A stretch of DNA of 64,000 nt, from the NCBI RefSeq assembly GCF_055900595.2, contig NZ_CM148325.1; one strand, 5' to 3'. Under the pieces are notes generated by a model, which was not told where the DNA came from, searched no databases, and saw only the letters and a program-made list of their open reading frames with translations. The number at the start of each line of letters is the position of its first letter. Positions within the stretch are counted from its first letter, which is position 1. The position numbers and the translations under genes are program-made. Below, piece by piece: positions 55,420 to 64,000 of the stretch.

Positions 55420-56298
55420 TTAAAGGAAATGACAGAATTTACCGACGATGCCAAGAACCACGGTAACCGCAATCAGGCGCAGCGGACTCCAGCCGCGGCG
55501 TACCAGCCAGAACATGGTCAGGGTGTAGACCAGCGGTAAGAAGGCAGGCATCAGTTTGTCGATAACGTCAGCCTGCAGCTTAACCACTGCGTCGCCCGCC
55601 GTGATTTCCAGCGTGGTGCTTAAACGAACATAGGTTGCCACCAGCGCGCCGATTACCGTCATCCCAACGATTGACGCAGCATGGCCGACTTTTTTGGTAT
55701 TCGCTTTAATGAGTGGAATCGCCGCCACGCCCATGCGGTAAGCATAATGCGCCAGACCAAAACGCAGCCCCAGGTGTACCACGTTGAACAGCACAATAAA
55801 GACGACTGCGCCAAGAATAGAGCCTTGCAATGCCAGACTGGCTCCAATCCCGCCACAAATCGGCAGTAACGTTAGCCAGAACATGGCATCGCCAATCCCG
55901 CCGAGCGGCGCACCGACGGCAATTTTGGTGCTCTGAATACTGTTAACGTCCTGCTTAGAACGCTCCATCGCAAGGATAATGCCGATAACAAACGTCACCA
56001 GAAACGGATGGGTATTGAAGAAACCCATATGTCCCTTCATGGCGCGCGCCAGGTCGCGTTTATTAGTGTGGATCTTTTTCAGAGCAGGCAGCAGACCGTA
56101 CAACCAGCCGGAAGCCTGCATACGTTCGTAGTTAAAAGACGCTTGTAACAGCATGGAACGCCAGGCGACGCGGTTGATATCTTTTTTCGTCAGCTCTGCG
56201 CCAATGCTCTGATCTTCATACACGTTTTCATTGACGCCTGTCAGCAGTGTCTCTTCATTTTCGCTGACGTTCGGCAGGGTGGTTTGATTAGATGCCAT
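55420..56298 (-). CDS. agaE: PTS N-acetylgalactosamine-specific EIID component AgaE
   Basis: ATG at 56298 gives MASNQTTLPNV..., about 292 aa; 11-bp overlap with agaW like the agaC/agaD junction. Confidence 0.85.
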   Translation of the reverse strand: MASNQTTLPNVSENEETLLTGVNENVYEDQSIGAELTKKDINRVAWRSMLLQASFNYERMQASGWLYGLLPALKKIHTNKRDLARAMKGHMGFFNTHPFLVTFVIGIILAMERSKQDVNSIQSTKIAVGAPLGGIGDAMFWLTLLPICGGIGASLALQGSILGAVVFIVLFNVVHLGLRFGLAHYAYRMGVAAIPLIKANTKKVGHAASIVGMTVIGALVATYVRLSTTLEITAGDAVVKLQADVIDKLMPAFLPLVYTLTMFWLVRRGWSPLRLIAVTVVLGIVGKFCHFL

Positions 56299-57067
56299 CT
56301 TCAAATTCCTCTTTCTGTGCCGCAGGTTGAGTCGGTTCAGGAGATTTACGCAGCAAGTCGATCAGCGCCATCGCCAGCGCGGCGGCAGCAATAGCCAGCA
56401 CCGGTAACTTGAGCCAGGCTGCGGCAACAAAGCCCAGGATGAAGTAGGGGATGTAGACGTTTTTCATCATGATTTTCAGCAGCACGGCAAAACCGATTGC
56501 TGGCATGATGCCACCCGCGACGCCGAGGCCGTCGATTAATCGTTGCGGCAGGACATCAATGATGGTTTTGGCATGTTCTGCGCCGAAGTAGATAGGCAGG
56601 AAAGCGCAGAGAAAATAGAACGTGCCGAGTGCCAACAGTGCCAGATAGTTCACGCGTTCAATGCCGCGTGTATCGGCGTTCTCCGCCATCCGGTCGCAGC
56701 GGGACATTACGCCAGACATCACCGAGAACAGGAAGGTAATCCCCATCTGTACTGCGACAGCGAAAGGTACGGCGACACCGACCGCGACATCCGGTTTCAC
56801 GCCAGTAGTAATGGCAAACGCCGTGCCGACGATAGTTCCGATAATCACGTTAGGCGGCTGTGCGCCCGCCAGTGGTGCCAGCCCCATCCACACCAGTTCC
56901 AGCGTACCGCCGGTTAAAATACCGGTATGCAGATCGCCAAGCACCAACCCAACTAACGGGCCGAGGACCACCGGGCGGTGCATATGGGTCAAGCCGTTAA
57001 ACATATCCAGGCCAGCGATAAAGGCGATAATGCCCAACGCAAATGCCTGCAACAGACTGATTTCCAT
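56288..57067 (-). CDS. agaW: PTS N-acetylgalactosamine-specific EIIC component AgaW (full length)
   Basis: 259 aa mannose-family EIIC, paralogous to AgaC; uninterrupted. Confidence 0.85.
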   Translation of the reverse strand: MEISLLQAFALGIIAFIAGLDMFNGLTHMHRPVVLGPLVGLVLGDLHTGILTGGTLELVWMGLAPLAGAQPPNVIIGTIVGTAFAITTGVKPDVAVGVAVPFAVAVQMGITFLFSVMSGVMSRCDRMAENADTRGIERVNYLALLALGTFYFLCAFLPIYFGAEHAKTIIDVLPQRLIDGLGVAGGIMPAIGFAVLLKIMMKNVYIPYFILGFVAAAWLKLPVLAIAAAALAMALIDLLRKSPEPTQPAAQKEEFEDGI

Positions 57068-57077
57068 AATGAATCCC

Positions 57078-57551
57078 TCAAAGTAATTTAAAGAGGTCCA
57101 CAGCAGGTTCTGTCGGAACGCCCTGAACGAAGCATTCCACCCCAGCGGCTTTCAGGTCGTTAAATGCCGCGATATCGCTCGCATCCACAGAAACCGTTTT
57201 GGCAATTTGCTGCTTGCCATTGGCATAGTGCATGTTGCCAACGTTAATGCGACTCACCGGGACCCCACCTTTAACCAGCATCAGGAAATCGGCAGGTGTT
57301 TTACAAACCAGCAGAATTTTCTGCCGATCGGCGGCGCGGTGGATGTTGTCGATCACTTTTTGCAGCGTCCAGAAACGTACGGCGATCCCTTCAGCCAGTA
57401 CCATTTCCATCAGGTTTTGTTGTACCGGATCTTCGGCAACCTCATCATTGGCTACCAGCACCAGATTTGCCCCCGCAAATCCGACCCACTGAACGCCGAC
57501 CTGACCGTGAATCAAGCGTTCATCAATCCGGCTTAAAACAATATTTGGCAT
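57078..57551 (-). CDS. agaV: PTS N-acetylgalactosamine-specific EIIB component AgaV
   Basis: ATG at 57551 gives MPNIVLSRIDERLIHGQVG..., 157 aa. Confidence 0.85.
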   Translation of the reverse strand: MPNIVLSRIDERLIHGQVGVQWVGFAGANLVLVANDEVAEDPVQQNLMEMVLAEGIAVRFWTLQKVIDNIHRAADRQKILLVCKTPADFLMLVKGGVPVSRINVGNMHYANGKQQIAKTVSVDASDIAAFNDLKAAGVECFVQGVPTEPAVDLFKLL

Positions 57552-57573
57552 AGCGTGTTCCTCTTTGTTTTGC

Positions 57574-58854
57574 TTATTGGCCTTCACAGGCTGTGTGGTA
57601 CTGCGCCAGGATGTCCTGAATATGGTTGATAATGAGTTCCCGTGGCGTTGGCTGCAGCTCGCCGGAGCGAACTTTCACGTATTGCAGCGGCAGGTACTGA
57701 CTGATGAGCGGCAGCGGAATTGGTGCATCCGCCAGGTTACGAACCAGATGGGCGAAAGCGTCATCAATCTGGCTGTCCGGCCAGTAATAGCGCACGCGAT
57801 CCGAGTAGCTATAACCACGCGCCAGACGACGCGCGTTGCCATCACCGTGGTAGTGGCTTTGCCAGTATTCCGGGCGGTCGAGCATCACGTTTTCCAGCAC
57901 CTGACGCAGACCGGAACAGGCTTTTGCTGGCACCAGTTCTTCTTCAATCGCCGCCAGAGAGAACAGAGCTTCACGCAGGGCGAAGGTGAGCGCCGGACCA
58001 ACTTTCAGAATGGCAAAGTGGTCAATCACCAGCTGGCGCAGCGATTGCGGCGTTTGGTAATCGGTAGAGTGCGCTTCGAAAATCAGCGTTTCGTAGTTTT
58101 CGACCATCTGGCTTAAGGCGGTCGCTTTAGCTGGCTGATAATCAATAACGTTGGTGTGATCGAATTCGACGCCGGGTTGTACCACCAGAGCAATGATGCG
58201 TGGCCAGATGGCATTCAGACCTTGCTTTTCAAAGGCGTGACGATGGGCTTCCAGCGTGGCGCGGGCGGCATCCGGCGTAGTGACCGCCAGCTCGCTTAAG
58301 GTTTCATGCGCGCCGCCAGGTACCGGCACTTCGGTACCAATGACATACACCAGATCGGCTTCGCCAAAGTGTTCACGGCAGGTTTCTTCCGCGACTTTAG
58401 CCAGTCGGGCGGCGCGTTCAGCCACGATGTCATCGGTTAAGGGAACCGGATCGTCCTGACAGGACATGCTGCAATCAAGGTGAATTTTTTTGAATCCTGC
58501 CGCCACGTAGCTTTTAATCAAATCATCGGCATTTGCCATCGCCTGAGCTGCAGGCAGGTTTTGCCAGCGGTTTGGCCCCAGATGATCGCCACCCAGAATC
58601 AACGCGTCTTGTGGGAAATTCAATGAGTCGGCGAGCTGACAAACAAAGCCGCGAAAATCGGCGGGTGTCATTCCGGTATAACCACCGAACTGGTCCACCT
58701 GATTGGATGTCGCTTCAATCAGTAACGGTGTTTGGTTTACACTGGCGTAGCGGATTGCAGCTTCCAGCACCAGCGGGTGTGCGGAACAAACGGCATAAAT
58801 CCCATTTGTTTTGCCCTCTTTGTGCTGCCTCACCATTTCTGTCAGATGTTTCAC
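57574..58854 (-). CDS. kbaZ: Tagatose-bisphosphate aldolase non-catalytic subunit KbaZ (AgaZ)
   Basis: 426 aa from GTG at 58854 ([22 protein letters not shown]...); start uncertain, ORF-track start is 58920. Confidence 0.8.
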   Translation of the reverse strand: MKHLTEMVRQHKEGKTNGIYAVCSAHPLVLEAAIRYASVNQTPLLIEATSNQVDQFGGYTGMTPADFRGFVCQLADSLNFPQDALILGGDHLGPNRWQNLPAAQAMANADDLIKSYVAAGFKKIHLDCSMSCQDDPVPLTDDIVAERAARLAKVAEETCREHFGEADLVYVIGTEVPVPGGAHETLSELAVTTPDAARATLEAHRHAFEKQGLNAIWPRIIALVVQPGVEFDHTNVIDYQPAKATALSQMVENYETLIFEAHSTDYQTPQSLRQLVIDHFAILKVGPALTFALREALFSLAAIEEELVPAKACSGLRQVLENVMLDRPEYWQSHYHGDGNARRLARGYSYSDRVRYYWPDSQIDDAFAHLVRNLADAPIPLPLISQYLPLQYVKVRSGELQPTPRELIINHIQDILAQYHTACEGQ

Positions 58855-58929
58855 TTTCCTCTCCAGTTCAGATTGCTGCGATATTAATCTTTCGTTTTGT
58901 TTCAGTTGATACTGCGTCATGGTGAGATA

Positions 58930-59095
58930 AAAATAAAACGAAAGATAATAGTTTTCTGATCTGATTCACAAAAGAAACATAATGAAAGTCACTGAAACGA
59001 GAGTAGCTTGCGTCAATGGGCAAGGTGGGCTTGCATTTGCTCAATAGAAAGGCGTTAATAGGCAAAACGAAATGAAACGAAAGTTTTACGAAAGG
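58930..59095. promoter_or_regulatory. Divergent kbaZ / agaR promoter region with AgaR operator-like repeats
   Basis: Iterated AAACGAAAG, AAAGAAACATAATGAAAG and AAAACGAAATGAAACGAAAGTTTTACGAAAGG motifs. Confidence 0.4.
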
Positions 59096-59102
59096 ACTTA
59101 CT

Positions 59103-59912
59103 ATGAGTAATACCGACGCTTCAGGCGAGAAGCGAGTGACAGGCACCAGCGAGCGACGAGAACAAATCATTCAGCGCCTGCGACAGCAAGGGAGTGTGCA
59201 GGTTAACGATCTGTCGGCATTGTATGGCGTATCTACTGTGACGATCCGCAACGATCTGGCGTTTCTGGAAAAGCAGGGGATCGCTGTGCGGGCCTATGGC
59301 GGCGCGTTGATCTGCGATAGCACGACGCCGTCAGTCGAGCCATCAGTGGAAGATAAAAGCGCGCTGAACACTGCGATGAAACGCAGCGTTGCGAAAGCTG
59401 CCGTTGAGTTGATTCAGCCAGGTCATCGGGTGATCCTCGATTCCGGGACCACCACGTTTGAGATTGCTCGTCTGATGCGCAAGCACACTGACGTAATTGC
59501 GATGACCAATGGTATGAACGTAGCCAATGCACTGCTGGAAGCAGAAGGCGTTGAACTTCTTATGACCGGCGGGCATCTGCGGCGTCAGTCGCAATCTTTT
59601 TACGGCGATCAGGCTGAACAATCGCTACAAAATTACCACTTCGATATGCTGTTTCTTGGCGTAGATGCTATTGATCTGGAGCGCGGCGTCAGCACGCATA
59701 ATGAAGATGAAGCCCGTTTAAACCGTCGGATGTGCGAAGTTGCGGAACGGATCATCGTGGTCACCGATTCCAGTAAGTTCAACCGTTCCAGTTTACATAA
59801 GATCATTGATACTCAACGTATCGACATGATCATTGTTGATGAAGGCATTCCTGCGGATAGTCTGGAAGGACTGCGAAAGGCTGGGGTTGAAGTGATTCTG
59901 GTCGGGGAGTGA
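59103..59912 (+). CDS. agaR: DeoR-family transcriptional repressor AgaR
   Basis: 269 aa ORF with N-terminal HTH and DeoR C-terminal domain. Confidence 0.9.
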
Positions 59913-59966
59913 GAAATGGTGCCCGCTGGTCAACACCAATGCGTTCGGCGGGCATTGTGAACACCA

Positions 59967-60431
59967 TCAATGGTTTTCTTCTGTCTCTTGGGTGAGGCTT
60001 TCCCAGTCGGCAGGAGGATGTCCTCTTTTTAACATTTTACTGAATACGGTATAGGCATCTGTTTTTTTACCGTAGGTGCGCAGCGTGTTTTCATCGTTCA
60101 TCCATCCCAGAATGATGACTTTCTCTTTTTCACTGTAACGAAAGAAGAGACGATAGCGACCAGCACCAAATTTTACCCGTGACCAGTCTTTATTTTTCCC
60201 AGAGCCTAACGACTTGCCATGACGGAATGCCGGTGATGATGGATTGACCGTGATATGCTCCTCAATCACTTTATGGACCACCGCCAATAACTTTGTGGCA
60301 GCTTTTCTCTGATAATTTTCAGGATCTTTTCCCTTTAATGCCTCGACTTCGGCAACTAAAGCATCGTAGGTTTCCTGAAAACAGGGATGAGCATATAGCG
60401 CCCAACCATTAACCCTTTGTGGAAAATCCAT
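59967..60431 (-). CDS. yhaV: Toxin YhaV (ribosome-dependent mRNA interferase)
   Basis: 154 aa ORF MDFPQRVNGWALYAHPCFQETYDALVAEVE...; start overlaps prlF stop. Confidence 0.85.
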   Translation of the reverse strand: MDFPQRVNGWALYAHPCFQETYDALVAEVEALKGKDPENYQRKAATKLLAVVHKVIEEHITVNPSSPAFRHGKSLGSGKNKDWSRVKFGAGRYRLFFRYSEKEKVIILGWMNDENTLRTYGKKTDAYTVFSKMLKRGHPPADWESLTQETEENH

Positions 60432-60766
60432 TATTCGTCGTCGCCAATCTCATCGTCAATGTTGACGTCCATGCCAGCGACAAGTTTCTTTCCTTGTTGA
60501 ATGTCGAATGGACGAGTTTTTTGCGGGTTGTTCTGGATATCTGCATCCAGAAAACGCAAAAATGCATTCATAGTATGATCCTCCTGTTCATCTCCCAGTC
60601 GGCACATAAATACTTGCCCACCAGGCAGAATTTCGTAATGAATGCTGTCCAGGCCTGGCTTCAGTTTTAAGGCCTCACGCACTGGCGCGGGGATAGTTGT
60701 TTGTCCGCGTATCGTGACCTTTGATTCAGTGGTCAGTACAGCGTTAGAGCGAGCATTAGCGGGCAT
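60431..60766 (-). CDS. prlF: Antitoxin PrlF (SohA), AbrB/SpoVT-type
   Basis: 111 aa ORF with acidic C-terminus; immediately upstream of yhaV. Confidence 0.85.
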   Translation of the reverse strand: MPANARSNAVLTTESKVTIRGQTTIPAPVREALKLKPGLDSIHYEILPGGQVFMCRLGDEQEDHTMNAFLRFLDADIQNNPQKTRPFDIQQGKKLVAGMDVNIDDEIGDDE

Positions 60767-60914
60767 TATTTACTGTCCTTTTACAGCCTGTTTTCTGCTC
60801 AAATTATAAGCTTGAACTAAGGTAATGCAAATGCATTATTAATGGATGTGTGGACTTTAAACAATAAAAACATGGCACTAAGGCCATGTTTTGCGAGGGA
60901 CGTTCCAAAAGAAA

Positions 60915-62486
60915 TCAGGTCACCGGTGCCGGGTTAAACACCGCCAGCTGGTTATGCAGTCCCCATTGATCTGAGAAGGTTTTCTTCTTCCCGCTGGCGA
61001 CGTCGAGAATAAAGTGGAACAGCTTCCAGCCCACTTCTTCTATGGTTTCTTCGCCGGTGGCGATGGTGCCTGCGTTGATATCCATTAAGTCAAACCAACG
61101 GTTTGCCAGTTCGGTGCGGGTCGCCATTTTAATGACGGGTACTACCATCAGGCCATATGGCGTGCCGCGACCGGTCGTAAACACTTGCACGGTAATCCCT
61201 GATGCCACCTGTTGCGTGCCACAGACAAAATCGCTGGCTGGCGTCGCGGCGTAAATTAATCCGCGTTTAGTCGGGCGTTGACCGGGCGATAGCACTTCAA
61301 CAATTGCGCTTTTACCCGATTTAGCAATGGAGCCGAGAGCCTTCTCCACTACGTTTGCCAGACCGCCTTTCTTGTTGCCCGGAGAAGGGTTGGCGCTGCG
61401 GTCGGTTTTTCCCATATTCAGATAGTTATCGTACCACTCCATCTCTTCCAGCAGACGCTTGCCGACCTCTTCGTTCACTGCGCGCGGCGTCAGCAGATGG
61501 ATCGCGTCACGCACTTCTGTGACTTCCGAGAACATCACTGTTGCACCGCAGCGCACCAGTAGATCAGACGCATACCCAACCGCTGGATTTGCCGTTACGC
61601 CAGAAAACGCATCGCTGCCACCGCACTGCATGCCGACAACCAGTTCTGAAGCCGGACAGGTTTCTCGCTGACGTTGATTCAGTTTTTGTATATGGCGTTC
61701 GGCGACCTGCAAAATATCCTCGACCATGGACTGAAAACCGACATGCTTTTCATCCTGCAAACTGACAATGCTGGCGCTTTCTACTGGAATAGCTTGCACA
61801 TCATCCGTTCCAGTCAGCAGGCGCTCAGGCTGCAACTTTTCACAACCCAGACCAATCACCATTACTTCGCCGCCAAAGTTAGGGTTCAGCGAAATATTGT
61901 GAATGGTACGGATAGGCACAACTGCCGCCGGTGCGTTAATCGCCACGCCACAACCGTACAAATGATTCAGCCCCACCACGCCATCGACGTTCGGGTATTT
62001 CGGTAGCAGATCGCGTTCAATGATTTTTACTACGTAGTCCACCACGCCTGCCACACAGTGGACGCTGGTGGTGATGCCGAGCAGGTTTTTGGTGCCCACG
62101 CTGCCATCAGCATTGCGATAGCCCTCAAAGGTGTATCCTTCCAGCGGCGGTAAGGGTTCCGGGACTTTGGTTGCCAGTGGCAGTGTGTGTAACGGCGGCG
62201 CTTCCGGTAGTACAACCATTGATTCGTCGATCCAGCTTCCGCGTGGGATTGCGCGCACGGCGTAACCAATCACTTCACCATAACGAATAATTTCACCATT
62301 AGCCGGAATGTCCAGCAATGCGACTTTATGCCCCTGGGGAATATGTTCAATTAATTCCAGCCCATCCGGAAAACGCGTTCCTGCTTTCAGGCCATTATCA
62401 TTAACAATAATTGCCACATTATCTGTGTCATGAACTTTTATATAAAACGCAGTTGGCGTTTCTTGTCTGATTTCGATGTTGGCCAT
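60915..62486 (-). CDS. garD: Galactarate dehydratase
   Basis: 523 aa [31 protein letters not shown]... Confidence 0.9.
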   Translation of the reverse strand: MANIEIRQETPTAFYIKVHDTDNVAIIVNDNGLKAGTRFPDGLELIEHIPQGHKVALLDIPANGEIIRYGEVIGYAVRAIPRGSWIDESMVVLPEAPPLHTLPLATKVPEPLPPLEGYTFEGYRNADGSVGTKNLLGITTSVHCVAGVVDYVVKIIERDLLPKYPNVDGVVGLNHLYGCGVAINAPAAVVPIRTIHNISLNPNFGGEVMVIGLGCEKLQPERLLTGTDDVQAIPVESASIVSLQDEKHVGFQSMVEDILQVAERHIQKLNQRQRETCPASELVVGMQCGGSDAFSGVTANPAVGYASDLLVRCGATVMFSEVTEVRDAIHLLTPRAVNEEVGKRLLEEMEWYDNYLNMGKTDRSANPSPGNKKGGLANVVEKALGSIAKSGKSAIVEVLSPGQRPTKRGLIYAATPASDFVCGTQQVASGITVQVFTTGRGTPYGLMVVPVIKMATRTELANRWFDLMDINAGTIATGEETIEEVGWKLFHFILDVASGKKKTFSDQWGLHNQLAVFNPAPVT

Positions 62487-62861
62487 TGTGCAATATTCTC
62501 CAGCCAGGGGTTATTAAAATGAGGATCTGGTCTCATTTAAAAAATAAATGACTTCATTGGGTGAAATAAGAATGTCAGGAGTTTAAACGCAGAAATGTGA
62601 TCAATGTCAATCATTTCAGGGATTGCAGTGCCGCCCGGCAGGGTAAAGCGCAAATCTGTGCTTTAGCGCGCAACCTTATGTGCATATGCTCAAAATAATA
62701 TTTAAATAGTAATAATAAAATTAGCATTTGCACAATGATTATTATTCTCTCGCTGCTTATACTAATTCCTGAGTTCATTGTCGTAACGGCATAAATAAAA
62801 CTCATAAATAACACATTCCCCATAATAATAAAAATCAGCATAAGTACCCGAGGTAAATAAA

Positions 62862-64000
62862 ATGATTCTGGACACCGTTGACGTAAAAAAGAAAGGCGTG
62901 CATACCCGCTATTTAATATTACTGATTATTTTTATTGTTACCGCCGTTAACTACGCCGATCGTGCAACGCTGTCTATTGCTGGTACCGAAGTGGCAAAAG
63001 AGTTGCAGTTAAGTGCGGTTTCGATGGGTTACATCTTTTCTGCTTTTGGCTGGGCCTACTTGCTGATGCAAATCCCCGGCGGCTGGCTGCTTGATAAGTT
63101 TGGCTCGAAAAAAGTTTACACCTACAGCCTCTTTTTCTGGTCGCTATTCACCTTCCTGCAAGGCTTTGTTGATATGTTCCCGCTGGCCTGGGCAGGGATC
63201 TCCATGTTCTTTATGCGCTTTATGCTCGGCTTCTCGGAAGCGCCATCATTCCCGGCGAACGCCCGTATTGTCGCCGCCTGGTTCCCGACGAAAGAACGTG
63301 GTACTGCCTCCGCCATCTTTAACTCGGCGCAATATTTCTCGCTGGCGCTCTTTTCGCCTCTGCTTGGCTGGCTGACTTTCGCCTGGGGATGGGAGCACGT
63401 CTTTACCGTTATGGGGGTGATTGGTTTTGTGCTGACGGCGCTGTGGATCAAGTTGATTCATAACCCGACAGATCACCCACGTATGTCTGCGGAAGAGCTG
63501 AAGTTTATATCTGAAAATGGCGCGGTGGTCGATATGGACCACAAAAAGCCGGGCAGCGCGGCAGCAAGCGGTCCCAAACTGCATTACATCAAGCAATTGC
63601 TCTCTAACCGCATGATGCTGGGTGTATTTTTCGGGCAATATTTTATCAACACCATCACCTGGTTCTTCCTTACCTGGTTCCCGATTTATCTGGTGCAGGA
63701 AAAAGGCATGTCGATTCTGAAAGTGGGTCTGGTCGCCTCGATTCCGGCACTGTGTGGTTTTGCGGGCGGCGTGCTCGGTGGTGTCTTCTCGGATTATCTG
63801 ATCAAACGCGGTTTGTCCCTGACCCTGGCACGTAAGTTACCGATTGTGCTGGGAATGTTGCTGGCTTCCACCATCATCTTATGTAACTACACCAACAACA
63901 CCACGCTGGTGGTCACGCTGATGGCGCTGGCTTTTTTTGGCAAAGGATTTGGTGCTCTGGGCTGGCCGGTGATTTCTGACACCGCGCCGAAAGAGATTGT
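62862..64000 (+). CDS. garP: MFS galactarate/glucarate transporter GarP, N-terminal part (continues beyond window end)
   Basis: ATG at 62862 gives MILDTVDVKKKGVHTRYLILLIIFIVTAVNYADRATLSIAG...; open to window end; divergent from garD. Confidence 0.85.
   Translation, partial: MILDTVDVKKKGVHTRYLILLIIFIVTAVNYADRATLSIAGTEVAKELQLSAVSMGYIFSAFGWAYLLMQIPGGWLLDKFGSKKVYTYSLFFWSLFTFLQGFVDMFPLAWAGISMFFMRFMLGFSEAPSFPANARIVAAWFPTKERGTASAIFNSAQYFSLALFSPLLGWLTFAWGWEHVFTVMGVIGFVLTALWIKLIHNPTDHPRMSAEELKFISENGAVVDMDHKKPGSAAASGPKLHYIKQLLSNRMMLGVFFGQYFINTITWFFLTWFPIYLVQEKGMSILKVGLVASIPALCGFAGGVLGGVFSDYLIKRGLSLTLARKLPIVLGMLLASTIILCNYTNNTTLVVTLMALAFFGKGFGALGWPVISDTAPKEI

Noticed and set aside
62611-62841. 76 aa ORF in the garD-garP divergent intergenic region
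   Set aside because: It lies in a very AT-rich promoter region, has a low-complexity hydrophobic translation, and overlaps the expected divergent garD/garP promoters; most likely spurious.

Overview
This window is a gene-dense stretch of Escherichia coli-type chromosome, in reverse orientation relative to K-12 MG1655 numbering. Gene calls rest on my recognition of the translated ORFs and of gene order; no database search was run. In order it holds: yrbG (partial), mlaFEDCB, ibaG, murA, sfsB, ispB, rplU-rpmA-yhbE-obgE, dacB, greA, yhbY, rlmE-ftsH-folP-glmM, secG-leuU, yhbX, argG, the metY-rimP-nusA-infB-rbfA-truB-rpsO-pnp operon, nlpI, yrbN/deaD, mtr, yhbW, ubiV-ubiU / ubiT, yhbS, yhbQ, yhbP, yhbO, yraR, yraQ, dolP-diaA-yraN, lpoA, rsmI, the complete aga/kba cluster with agaR, prlF-yhaV, garD and the start of garP. 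Every ORF of 100 aa or more in the six-frame track is either one of these genes or a codon-aligned antisense shadow of one, and intergenic gaps are short and hold recognisable terminators, REP/BIME repeats and operator-like motifs. I therefore find no evidence for a previously undescribed system here. The points most worth a second look are strain-level: an intact aga/kba cluster (agaW, agaE, agaF, agaA all full length, unlike K-12), no yraHIJK fimbrial operon between agaI and rsmI, an AT-rich yhbX next to tRNA-Leu, and the prlF-yhaV toxin-antitoxin pair. Several start codons in the ORF track are upstream TTG/GTG extensions; I give the starts I consider correct.
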